Source: an archaeon GW2011_AR10
Lineage (GTDB): Archaea; Iainarchaeota; Iainarchaeia; Iainarchaeales; GW2011-AR10
Assembly (NCBI GenBank): GCA_000830275.1
Contig: CP010424.1
Span: 1,209,429 to 1,241,428 of the forward strand
DNA length: 32,000 nt
Direction: 5' to 3'
How positions within the stretch are numbered: position 1 is the first letter of the stretch; every line of letters begins with the position of its first letter. The position numbers were made by a program, and so were the translations under genes. Below the pieces are notes generated by a model. That model saw nothing but the letters and a program-made list of their open reading frames with translations. It was not told the origin of the DNA and searched no databases. This document shows positions 1 to 7,875 of the stretch, one piece after another.

Positions 1-1928
1 CATTTGTTGACATGCAGGTTAAAAGCTTCAAGGAATTAGTGGAAAATTGGAGCATTTCAAATGACAACTTCATCCGCACCACTGACCCAATGCATGAAAA
101 GATGTGCCAAGAGTTGTTTCAAAGAGTGCTGGACAAGGGAGACATCTATTTGGGAGAGTATGAAGGATTGTACTGCACCAACTGCGAGGCTTTCTACCTT
201 GAAAAAGATTTACTGAATGGCCTGTGTCCTGTCCACAAAAAACCGCTGGAGAAAATCAAGGAGGAAAGCTACTTTTTCAGAATGTCAAAGTACCAGGAGC
301 AGTGGCTGGAGTTCATTGAAAGAAACCCTGAGTTCATTCTTCCTGTGAGAAGAAAGCAGGAAATAGTGAACAGGGTAAAAGAGGGGCTGCGCGACCTAAG
401 TGTTTCCCGTACAACGTTCAAGTGGGGCATACCGCTCAAAAACAACTCGCGGCACGTTATTTATGTCTGGTTTGACGCGCTGCTGAACTATTTTTCAGGA
501 ATTGATTTTCCTTCAAAAAAATTTGAAAAATTCTGGCCCGCAGACATTCACGTGATAGGCAAAGATATTCTCTGGTTTCATGCGGTTATTTGGCCGGCAA
601 TGCTTTTCTCTCTCGGCATTCAGGCCCCGAAAAAAATTTTTGTGCACGGCTTTATCAACACTTCAACTGGAGAAAAACTGTCCAAGAGCTCCGGCAACGT
701 GATTGACCCGATTAAGTTGGCTGAAGACTACGGCGTTGACTCAGTGCGATATTACCTCCTTAGGGAAATCCCGTTAAGCGAAGACGGTGAGTTCTCGGAG
801 AAAGGCTTGATTACAAGGCACAACACCGAGCTGGCAAACGAGCTTGGCAACCTTCTGCATAGAACTTTAACTTTGATTGAAAAAAATTTTCAGGGAAAAA
901 TCCCTGCAGGAAAAACTGATGAGAACCTAGCCAAAAAACTCAAGCTTCAGAAAATAGGGCAGCACTTTGACGGGCTTGAGGTTCACTTGGCCTTGTCAGA
1001 AATTTTTTCTTTTGTAGGCGCGTGCAACAAGTACTTGAACGAAAAAGAGCCGTGGAAATTAAGCGGAAAAGAACTCGAGAATGTTCTTTACAGTGTTTCC
1101 GATTCACTGCGTGTTATTTCAATCCTTCTTTCCCCAGTGATGCCTTCAGCAAGCGATAGAATGAACAGGCAGCTTGGGGTTAAAGCAGGAACGCTTAAAG
1201 AATGCAGTTTCAACCTGCTGAAGGCAGGGGCAAAAATCGGCAAAAAAGAAATTCTGTTCAAGAAATTCGAGTTAAAGGAAGAGAGTGGCTTCAGGGCTGA
1301 AAGAGTGGAAGTGAAAATTGCACCGCGGCTTGAAAAGCTTGGCCTGAAAGCGATTGGTGCAAAGATTTTCAATATTTGTGTAAAGAAAAAGCATGAAGGG
1401 CTGGAAAAAGAAAAAAGGAAGGCAGTGGAGGAAGCTGACCTTGACAGCAGGGAAGAGCAGAAAGTAATCCAAGGGTACCTGGATTTGTATGATGCCCTTG
1501 GAGTGAAGCGGGACAAGCACGCCGTGAAAAACTTGATAGAGATTGCCAGAAAGTCCGGAAAGCTCCCTACAATCAACACAGTCGTGGATTCATACAATCT
1601 TGTGTCATTGAAGAAAGGGCTGGTTGTTGGAGCGCATGACTTGGATAATATTTCAGGAAAGGTCAGGGTTGAAACCGCGGAAGGAAACGAGCTCTACGTT
1701 CCTTTAGGGGAAAACAAAAAAGCAAAAGTGGATGCGGGAGAATATATTTTCAGGGATGACAAGGTTGTGTTGTGTAGGCTTGACGTAAAGCAGGGCGAGC
1801 ACACAAAAATCACCAAGGAAACGAAAAACGTTTTTTTGTACGTTCAAGGAAACAAGAGCACTCCGCAGAAATATTTGGAAGATGCGATGGAAGAAATCCT
1901 TGGAAAAATCGAGAAGTACTGCAGCTGA
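1..1928 (+). CDS. metG: Methionyl-tRNA synthetase, 5'-truncated by the window edge, with a C-terminal B3/B4-like domain
   Basis: The frame stays open to base 3, so the N-terminus (HIGH region) lies left of the window. Zinc knuckle CTNCEAF..CPVHKKP, KMSKS-type loop KLSKSSGN and anticodon-binding helices are present. The last ~200 aa follow the B3/B4 (PheRS-beta-like, COG3382-type) pattern TINTVVDSYNLVSLKKGLVVGAHDLDNISG. Confidence 0.9.
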   Translation, partial: FVDMQVKSFKELVENWSISNDNFIRTTDPMHEKMCQELFQRVLDKGDIYLGEYEGLYCTNCEAFYLEKDLLNGLCPVHKKPLEKIKEESYFFRMSKYQEQWLEFIERNPEFILPVRRKQEIVNRVKEGLRDLSVSRTTFKWGIPLKNNSRHVIYVWFDALLNYFSGIDFPSKKFEKFWPADIHVIGKDILWFHAVIWPAMLFSLGIQAPKKIFVHGFINTSTGEKLSKSSGNVIDPIKLAEDYGVDSVRYYLLREIPLSEDGEFSEKGLITRHNTELANELGNLLHRTLTLIEKNFQGKIPAGKTDENLAKKLKLQKIGQHFDGLEVHLALSEIFSFVGACNKYLNEKEPWKLSGKELENVLYSVSDSLRVISILLSPVMPSASDRMNRQLGVKAGTLKECSFNLLKAGAKIGKKEILFKKFELKEESGFRAERVEVKIAPRLEKLGLKAIGAKIFNICVKKKHEGLEKEKRKAVEEADLDSREEQKVIQGYLDLYDALGVKRDKHAVKNLIEIARKSGKLPTINTVVDSYNLVSLKKGLVVGAHDLDNISGKVRVETAEGNELYVPLGENKKAKVDAGEYIFRDDKVVLCRLDVKQGEHTKITKETKNVFLYVQGNKSTPQKYLEDAMEEILGKIEKYCS

Positions 1929-1930
1929 AA

Positions 1931-2293
1931 TTAATGAGACCGCTGCCTGATCTGCATTCGCACTTGCTTTAAAAATATTTTTAACTCTCTTGTAGAAGTT
2001 GCGCCTGCAACTATTTCTTTTACAAAGGCAGGCGTAAGCTCTGTTCTTTTGCTGTCGCTTCCAAAGCTCACTAAAACGTTTTTACCGGAAATTTTGGCTG
2101 ATGAAACAGCGTCTGCGAATGCTTCAATCTCTTTTCTTGGAACCCTGATGTCAGAGACATTTGCAAGGAGCCCGTTGCCGATTTCCCTCAAATAATTTCC
2201 TTTAACCCGTTCAAAAATCAGCCAGTATGCCTTGCTCGCGTCCATTCTAATAGGGATTTTATTTTTTGGTTTTTTTCCGGGTTTTGGCATCAC
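1931..2293 (-). CDS. Hypothetical protein (120 aa), probably co-transcribed with eif5a
   Basis: Only long ORF in this stretch, on the same strand and 44 nt downstream of the aIF5A gene. Lysine-rich N-terminus. No family recognised. Confidence 0.5.
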   Translation of the reverse strand: MMPKPGKKPKNKIPIRMDASKAYWLIFERVKGNYLREIGNGLLANVSDIRVPRKEIEAFADAVSSAKISGKNVLVSFGSDSKRTELTPAFVKEIVAGATSTRELKIFLKQVRMQIRQRSH

Positions 2294-2337
2294 GTAAATT
2301 TAAGTGCAATTGCCTTAATATTTGTTTCCAGAAAAAG

Positions 2338-2733
2338 CTATTTTTTCCTGACTACCCTTATGTAATTGCCCCACTTGTGGTACTCAACTTCTACCCCGCC
2401 TTGCAGGCCAACGATTTCCTTTGGTTTTGGAATATCAAAGGTTTCATAGCTTTCCACGTTCATTAGTTGGATTGTTTCACCCATTACCGCTACAACTTGT
2501 GCGGATTTTTTCTCAATTATTGGCACTTCAACGTCTGCATCAGCCGGCTTCAAGAGGTTTCTTTTCTGGTTGTCGAATACGCCCATTGCAACAACCCTTA
2601 CTTTGGCTGCCCCATGCTTTCCCGGCTTTGATTTCTCAGTGCTTTTAACCTGGCATGGAAAACTATCAATCAGAACATAACTGCCGGGCTTCAAGTGGCC
2701 GGCCTGAGCAAACCGCTTTTCGCCTTCATCCAT
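2338..2733 (-). CDS. eif5a: Translation initiation factor 5A (aIF5A)
   Basis: Hypusine loop STEKSKPGKHGAAKVRVV followed by a C-terminal OB-fold-like region. Length of 131 aa is typical. Confidence 0.92.
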   Translation of the reverse strand: MDEGEKRFAQAGHLKPGSYVLIDSFPCQVKSTEKSKPGKHGAAKVRVVAMGVFDNQKRNLLKPADADVEVPIIEKKSAQVVAVMGETIQLMNVESYETFDIPKPKEIVGLQGGVEVEYHKWGNYIRVVRKK

Positions 2734-2905
2734 CCAAAATCATAAGAGTTAAGTGTAATAGGTTTAAATACCTTTTTTTCGTCCGCCAAAAAATCTGCTT
2801 AATTGCATTCGCTTTAAATCATTTCCGTATTTATTTTCAGTTATATATGGAATATGTGGGTGGTTTTGTTGGTTGGCTGGTTTTCACGTGCTGCGGGTGA
2901 TTTGA

Positions 2906-3370
2906 GTGTTTGAGAAGTTCAAGGGCAAGCTTGAAAGCATTGTGAAGAACAGAAAAGACGCAAACCTTGCGGTGTTCGTTGACGGCCCCAACATTCTGAG
3001 GAAAGAATTAAATGTTGACTTGGCTGAAATAAAGAGATTGCTTTCAAAGTACGGGAAAATCAAGATTGGAAAAGTTTTCCTCAACCAGTATGCCAACAAC
3101 AAGCTCATTGAAGCGGTTGTCAACCAGGGCTTTGAGTCAGTGGTAACAGTCGGAGACATCGATGTATCAATGGCTGCTGATGCAGTGGAAGCAGTCTATA
3201 ACCCGGCAGTGCAGGCAATCGCTTTTGTAACTCGCGATTCTGATTTTCTTCCGGCAATAGTGAAAGCCAAAAGAAACGGCAAGGAAACAATTGTTGTTTT
3301 AGTGGAAGAATCAAGTGCTGCTGCGCTCAAAAACAATGCTGACCACGTGATTGTGCTTAAAAAGAGCTGA
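2906..3370 (+). CDS. NYN/LabA-like (PIN-like fold) domain protein
   Basis: GTG start preceded by GGTGA. VFVDGPNI, DIDVSMAADAV and FVTRDSDF motifs are typical of archaeal NYN-domain proteins. Confidence 0.7.
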   Translation: MFEKFKGKLESIVKNRKDANLAVFVDGPNILRKELNVDLAEIKRLLSKYGKIKIGKVFLNQYANNKLIEAVVNQGFESVVTVGDIDVSMAADAVEAVYNPAVQAIAFVTRDSDFLPAIVKAKRNGKETIVVLVEESSAAALKNNADHVIVLKKS

Positions 3371-3374
3371 TGAA

Positions 3375-3866
3375 ATGAACCTTCCGGTTGGAGACATAAT
3401 CAAGCAGGGAATTAAACTGAAGGAATTTGATTCAAGAATAATTGAGTCATTTTATGATAAGGAGTTTTCAGGCTACTTGGTTGCATCAATTGAAGGATAT
3501 GCAGGCATAGAGGAAGGCGCGCTCTTGTTCAAGAAAGGATTGCTTATAGGGGCCTTTTACGAGTACCTCAATTATGGCATAACTGTGCATGGAAACCAGG
3601 CAGTGCAGCAGGTTTTTAATTCTTTGGCAGCAGAATATGGCGTAATAGATGTAATATCTTTGACCAACCAGCAGGCGGATTTGATTACGGCTTTCAATGA
3701 TAAAATAAAGCTGACCGTGAATGTTGGAAAAAAGGATGTCCGCAAGCTCTCGAGGAGTTTTTACTCAAATGAGTTCGCGGAAAAAGTTCTTTCCAAAGTG
3801 CTTGAAAAGCACGAGTCAAGAAAAAACGTCTTCAAAAAGCTCGGGTTAACCGATTTAGGTGGTTAA
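3375..3866 (+). CDS. Hypothetical protein, DUF2226 / PATAN(DUF4388)-like pattern
   Basis: ATG 3375 lies 5 nt after the upstream stop (the track ORF begins at TTG 3351). The pattern GYLVASIEG..GALLFKKGLLIGAFY..HGNQAVQQV..GVIDV resembles the DUF2226/DUF4388 type. Assignment is from memory only. Confidence 0.45.
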   Translation: MNLPVGDIIKQGIKLKEFDSRIIESFYDKEFSGYLVASIEGYAGIEEGALLFKKGLLIGAFYEYLNYGITVHGNQAVQQVFNSLAAEYGVIDVISLTNQQADLITAFNDKIKLTVNVGKKDVRKLSRSFYSNEFAEKVLSKVLEKHESRKNVFKKLGLTDLGG

Positions 3867-4331
3867 GTGTCGATTCTGACAAGCGCGAAATCAGCAATTA
3901 AGGGCCTAGCCGAAAAAATCCTTTACGTGGACGATACCAGTGTTGCAAGAGACCAGTTAAGGGTTCTAGAGGACTACTACTCCAAATTCTACTTTGACAC
4001 AAACACCGATGACCTGCAGGAGCTGGCCGGAATTTTAAAGAAAAAGCATTTCGTTGACTCAATCTGTGTTTCCCAAAACAATGGTTCAATGATTGTCAGC
4101 ACCAACGGCCAAGACCTAAACGAAGCAGTTATTGGAACGGCTTTATTCAATTACATCCAGTCAGAGATTCCAAAAAGCGAAGCAGTTATGATAAAGTCAA
4201 AGGACTGGTTCATGCTTTACCCTTACGAGCACAAAATCTACATTGTAAAAGCCCCAGCCAGCCTTTCAGTTGTTGAGTTGAGGGCCATAGCCAAGGACAT
4301 GGAGTGCTTTTTCTCCAAGAGAAAAAAGTAG
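3867..4331 (+). CDS. Hypothetical protein, possibly Roadblock/LC7 (MglB-like) fold
   Basis: GTG start directly after the upstream TAA, with AGGTGG 5-10 nt upstream. The ICVSQNNGSMIVSTNG..AVIGTALFN..IYIVKA alternation is reminiscent of Roadblock/LC7. Fold assignment is weak. Confidence 0.4.
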   Translation: MSILTSAKSAIKGLAEKILYVDDTSVARDQLRVLEDYYSKFYFDTNTDDLQELAGILKKKHFVDSICVSQNNGSMIVSTNGQDLNEAVIGTALFNYIQSEIPKSEAVMIKSKDWFMLYPYEHKIYIVKAPASLSVVELRAIAKDMECFFSKRKK

Positions 4332-4355
4332 CTGTTCAAGCGTTCCTGAGATCGA

Positions 4356-4468
4356 ATAATTCCACCAAACAACCATTTAAAAATGGCGGAATTATAACTC
4401 TCAAAAACCACCGATTGAAGCAGGCAGGATGCCTATATTGCTTCCATTAGAATCAAGTGGTTTTTGAG
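4356..4468 (+). repeat. Structured intergenic repeat, copy A (two adjacent long hairpins)
   Basis: Stem 1 is ATAATTCC(4356-4363)/GGAATTAT(4388-4395), enclosing the mini-hairpin CCATTT-AA-AAATGG (4373-4386). Stem 2 is CTCAAAAACCAC(4400-4411)/GTGGTTTTTGAG(4457-4468), with inner pairs GAAGCA/TGCTTC and GGCA/TGCC. Same architecture as 11546-11715. Confidence 0.7.
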
Positions 4469-4502
4469 AAGCTTTTTAAAAGAATTAACACATCATTCTA
4501 TA

Positions 4503-4590
4503 GCAAAATGCTTATGTATTTGAACAAAAAATTGCATTTTGCAACTAGCAAACAGCAAATGAAATGTTCAAAAAATTAATGCTGTTTGCT
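4503..4590 (+). promoter_or_regulatory. Two tandem hairpins with covarying stems and similar 22-nt loops upstream of minD
   Basis: Hairpin 1 is GCAAAATGC(4503-4511)/GCATTTTGC(4534-4542). Hairpin 2 is AGCAAACAGCA(4547-4557)/TGCTGTTTGCT(4580-4590). Loop 1 contains TTGAACA and loop 2 contains TGTTCAA, which are mutually complementary. The element ends 22 nt before ATG 4613. Confidence 0.6.
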
Positions 4591-4612
4591 ATAATTGCAT
4601 GGAGCGGTTTTG

Positions 4613-5449
4613 ATGGGCAGAGTAATAGCCTTAGTGTCAGGGAAAGGCGGGGTTGGAAAAACCACGATTGCAGCCGAATTAGGGATTGCTCTAGCGAAAA
4701 GAAACCTCAAGGTGTGCTTGATTGATGCGGATGTTGCAATGGCCAACTTGAGTCTGCTGCTTAACATGCAGAGTTCTCCTTTAACACTCCATGATGTCCT
4801 GCTTGGGGAATCAGCAATAAATGATGCCATATATGATGGCCCGGAAGGAGTGAAACTTATTCCAAGTGGTTTAAGCCTTGAGAATTACAGGAGAGTTGAC
4901 GCTGAACGCCTGCAGTCAGTGGTTGAATCAATTTCCGGGCAGTTTGACTTCATTATCCTTGACTGCCCTGCAGGAATAGAGAAAGGAGTCATGGCTGCAA
5001 TTGCCGCAGCAAATGAAGTGCTTCTCATAACAATGCCGAACTCTCCTTCAATTGCGGATGTATTGAAGGCAAAGATTACTGCGCAGAGGCTTGGCACAAG
5101 AGTTATTGGTGTAGTTGTAAATTTCATTCGCGGAGAAAAAGGTGAAATAAACCAGGACGACATAATGAAGCTACTGGAGCTGCCTGTTTACGGCATGATT
5201 CCATATGACCCAGAGGTAAGGAAGTCCTTCATGCAGGAAAAGGTTGCACCTCTTATGGTTAGAAAGCCTACAAGTCCTGCAGCAGTTGCAGTGCAGAGAA
5301 CTGCTGCAAAAATTGCCGGAATTCCTGTTTCATTCGCTGAGCCAGCGAGAAAAAGAGGTTTTCTTGCAAACTTTTTTAATAAGTTGCTGGGCATATTTAG
5401 AAAGAAGAAGGTTACAAACCACATCAAAGAGGAAACTGAGAAGAAATGA
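4613..5449 (+). CDS. minD: MinD/ParA-family P-loop ATPase
   Basis: Deviant Walker A SGKGGVGKTT, plus IDADV and ILDCPAG motifs. ATG 4613 (MGRVIALVSGKGG) is preferred over the track start TTG 4595. C-terminal amphipathic basic helix FLANFFNKLLGIFRKKK. Confidence 0.88.
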   Translation: MGRVIALVSGKGGVGKTTIAAELGIALAKRNLKVCLIDADVAMANLSLLLNMQSSPLTLHDVLLGESAINDAIYDGPEGVKLIPSGLSLENYRRVDAERLQSVVESISGQFDFIILDCPAGIEKGVMAAIAAANEVLLITMPNSPSIADVLKAKITAQRLGTRVIGVVVNFIRGEKGEINQDDIMKLLELPVYGMIPYDPEVRKSFMQEKVAPLMVRKPTSPAAVAVQRTAAKIAGIPVSFAEPARKRGFLANFFNKLLGIFRKKKVTNHIKEETEKK

Positions 5450-5664
5450 GCAGCAGGCCATTTGACCTTTTGAACGAAAGCATTGGAAAAAACGTTCTAG
5501 TGGTACTCAAGGACAACATTAGCATCAGAGGAAAACTCAAAGCGTTTGACATCCACATGAATATTGTTTTAGAAGATGCGGAAAAACTTGAAGACGGCGA
5601 AGTCAAAACAAAATACGGAAAACTAATGGTTCGCGGCGACAACGTTCTAATGATTAGCCCTTAA
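5446..5664 (+). CDS. Sm-like archaeal protein (LSm/SmAP)
   Basis: Sm1/Sm2 motifs VLVVLKDNISIRGKLKAFDIHMNIVLEDA and LMVRGDNVLMISP. Its ATG overlaps the minD stop (ATGA). Confidence 0.9.
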   Translation: MSSRPFDLLNESIGKNVLVVLKDNISIRGKLKAFDIHMNIVLEDAEKLEDGEVKTKYGKLMVRGDNVLMISP

Positions 5665-5667
5665 ATT

Positions 5668-6246
5668 TTATCTTCTTCTGATTGACCAGTTGCTGTTCAA
5701 CCTTTTTGCTGCCTGCGAGTTTTTTTTTCTGTTGATTTTAAGCGGCCAGTTCCGTGGAAGCAATGGTTTAATTGCACTGCGAAAAGAAATTAGGGGGCTC
5801 TTGAACATTTCACTAAGCGACTGGTTCTCTTTCAGCGAAAAAGGTTTTTTGCTTGACCTGATTCCGGGCCTTCTTTCAACCCAATCAACAGTCCTATCAA
5901 CCAAAACATTTCCTCCGTCCCTGAAATCAATCGTGAAGTTTCCATTGCGTGTAACCACTTCAAGCACAAAATGGTATTTTCTCTTGCTTTTATCCCGCCT
6001 GTAAACCCTCACATAAGATGGAAATCCTTTCTTTTGGAACCTGCTGGCTCCAACAACAACCTGCTCAGGGCAAAATCCTTTAACCGGAAAAATTTTGCTT
6101 TTCTCAATTTCCTCAATTGTTCTTCCAAGAAGAGAAGTTTTCAGTTCAGGAGCAAAGCGGAAATCCCTGCGCATTCCTCCAACAACCTCTCTTATTTCTT
6201 CCGGAATGTCTTTCTGCTGCATACCAAAACAAACGCTGTTCTGCAT
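5668..6246 (-). CDS. Hypothetical basic protein (about 192 aa)
   Basis: The track ORF runs to 6369 but would then overlap tRNA-Ala (6309-6410). The first internal ATG clear of the tRNA is 6246 (MQNSVCFGMQQKD). No family recognised. Confidence 0.5.
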   Translation of the reverse strand: MQNSVCFGMQQKDIPEEIREVVGGMRRDFRFAPELKTSLLGRTIEEIEKSKIFPVKGFCPEQVVVGASRFQKKGFPSYVRVYRRDKSKRKYHFVLEVVTRNGNFTIDFRDGGNVLVDRTVDWVERRPGIRSSKKPFSLKENQSLSEMFKSPLISFRSAIKPLLPRNWPLKINRKKNSQAAKRLNSNWSIRRR

Positions 6247-6308
6247 TAAAAAAGTGCTGTTTACATCCAATCCTTTAATTACTTTTCTGAGGAAATAATT
6301 GTTGGAAA

Positions 6309-6410
6309 GGGCTCGTGGTCTAGTGGCATGACGGATCCTTGGCGATGAATGCAAAATTAATGCTTTCACTTGAATGGATCAAATTGGGGGTTCGATTCCC
6401 CCCGAGTCCA
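6309..6410 (+). tRNA. tRNA-Ala(GGC) with an intron of about 30 nt in the anticodon loop
   Basis: Acceptor GGGCTCG/CGAGTCC with the G3:U70 alanine identity pair. D-arm GTCT-AGTGGCA-TGAC, anticodon stem GATCC/GGATC, variable loop AAATT, T-arm GGGGG-TTCGATT-CCCCC, discriminator A. The 5' side of the loop reads TTGGCG (anticodon GGC), then ~30 extra nt. Exact splice sites were not resolved by eye. Confidence 0.8.
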
Positions 6411-6411
6411 T

Positions 6412-6500
6412 CGGCTGAAACCTCAGCCGGCAAGGTGTGGAATACTCGTTTCACTCGTATTCCACTGGCTCGCTCCGCTCGCAAAATGAGGTTTTTTTTG
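6412..6500 (+). terminator. Two hairpins and a T8 run between convergent tRNA-Ala and the antiporter gene
   Basis: Hairpins are CGGCTGA-AACC-TCAGCCG (6412-6429) and GTGGAATAC(6437-6445)/GTATTCCAC(6457-6465). TTTTTTTT follows at 6492-6499. Confidence 0.5.
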
Positions 6501-6504
6501 TTTC

Positions 6505-7716
6505 CTAATTTTCTTTTTGTGGGTTTCTTTTTGGCCTGAAAGCAAACAACCCAATGTTTGTTGTGATTATGGACAGCAGTATAACTGATAAAACAATCTG
6601 GACAATTGCTTCGCCGCCAGGCACGTTTGATGAGAACGCGTACATTCCGAGGACTGCTGCGGAGAGGCCGCGCGGCACCATAACGCACGCCAGCCTCTTC
6701 TCTTGCTTGGTGAATGAAACCAGGTGAAGTGCAGAAAAAATCTGCAAATAAACTGCTCTGCCGATTACAATTAGCAGCACTATTATGAGGCCAATTATGA
6801 TGTATTGCGAGTCCGGCAGCCCGACTATTAGCCCTAAAAACACGAAGAAAAAAACCCTTATGAGGAAAGCCATTAGCGAGTGTGTTTTGCTGATGTCTTC
6901 ATCAAGTTGCTGGAACTCGTTTTCCGGGAAAAGCGATTTAAAAATTATGTGTGCGTTTGCAAGCATTATGCCTGCAAAAAAAATTGCTATTGCCCCGTTA
7001 GAGCCAATTAATTCAGCGAAAGCAAAGAGAAGGATGAAAACACTTAATGTTGCGGTGTAGGAGAAGTCGTATTTCTTTAGCTTGTTAATAATCGGCGCCC
7101 AAAAAAAACCAAAAAGCAGTCCAACAGATATTCCTGCGAAAAGCTGTAGGAGGGTTCCCTTAAGCAATTCTTCTGGGTTTAATGCCGGGAGTGCCTGCTG
7201 TGAGGAAAGAAAAGCAATCATAACCAATGCTATTACTATTGAAAAATTGTCTGAAATGGATTCAATGAAAATGGTTGTCTTAAGCCTTTCAGAAACCTCT
7301 TTCATGGGCGAAATTATTGGCATGATTACTGCGGCGCTTGTGCCAGCCAATATTACTGCTATAAGAGTTGATGTTTGAATTGAGAGGCCAAAAGCAAGCA
7401 GCACAATTATTGCTGTAGCAACAGAGAAGAGCAAGCCTGACAGCATGAGGAGTATTCCAAGCCAGCCGTTTGAAACAACTTTTTTCAAATCCATGTGCAG
7501 TCCACCATCAGAAAGTATCCCTATGATTGCTATTGCTCCAATTAGGCTGGCTGAGCCAAGAATAAAGCTCGCATCTATTAGCCCGGTTTCCCCAAGAACC
7601 ATGCCGAATAAAACAAGCCAGATGGTGTTAGGAATGGATGTTTTCTGGAACAACACGTTCCCAATGAAGCCCAACAGGATGGTCAAGCCAATTATGGTAA
7701 TGACGAGTTCAGTCAC
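6505..7716 (-). CDS. Cation:proton antiporter (NhaP/CPA1-type Na+/H+ exchanger)
   Basis: 403-aa polytopic membrane protein with about 11-12 hydrophobic segments. The N-terminus ELVITIIGLTILLGFIGNVLFQKTSIPNTIWLVLFGMVLG is typical of this family. Confidence 0.8.
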   Translation of the reverse strand: MTELVITIIGLTILLGFIGNVLFQKTSIPNTIWLVLFGMVLGETGLIDASFILGSASLIGAIAIIGILSDGGLHMDLKKVVSNGWLGILLMLSGLLFSVATAIIVLLAFGLSIQTSTLIAVILAGTSAAVIMPIISPMKEVSERLKTTIFIESISDNFSIVIALVMIAFLSSQQALPALNPEELLKGTLLQLFAGISVGLLFGFFWAPIINKLKKYDFSYTATLSVFILLFAFAELIGSNGAIAIFFAGIMLANAHIIFKSLFPENEFQQLDEDISKTHSLMAFLIRVFFFVFLGLIVGLPDSQYIIIGLIIVLLIVIGRAVYLQIFSALHLVSFTKQEKRLACVMVPRGLSAAVLGMYAFSSNVPGGEAIVQIVLSVILLSIITTNIGLFAFRPKRNPQKEN

Positions 7717-7875
7717 TATAACATAACAGTTTTGAGTTTTTTAAAGGTTACAGTTTGGCTTTTGCAGAAAACCGCCAGCTGCTTGTTTTCTTTTTTTGGC
7801 CAGATAACTTATTTGTTTTGCCTGTTTTTTGTCCGCATACATTTTTATACTCTTTAACCTACTTTATTTTCGAAA

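Noticed and set aside
6309-6410. Alternative reading of the first tRNA as tRNA-Ser(UGA), using the loop CTTGAAT next to the 3' strand of the anticodon stem
   Set aside because: The variable loop is only 5 nt (class I), and the acceptor stem has the G3:U70 alanine determinant. GGC on the 5' side of the loop, with an intron after it, is more coherent.
6246-6688. N-terminal extension of ORF 5668-6369, and ORF 6320-6688 (minus strand)
   Set aside because: Both run through the tRNA-Ala gene and its downstream hairpins. The shorter start at 6246 avoids the overlap.
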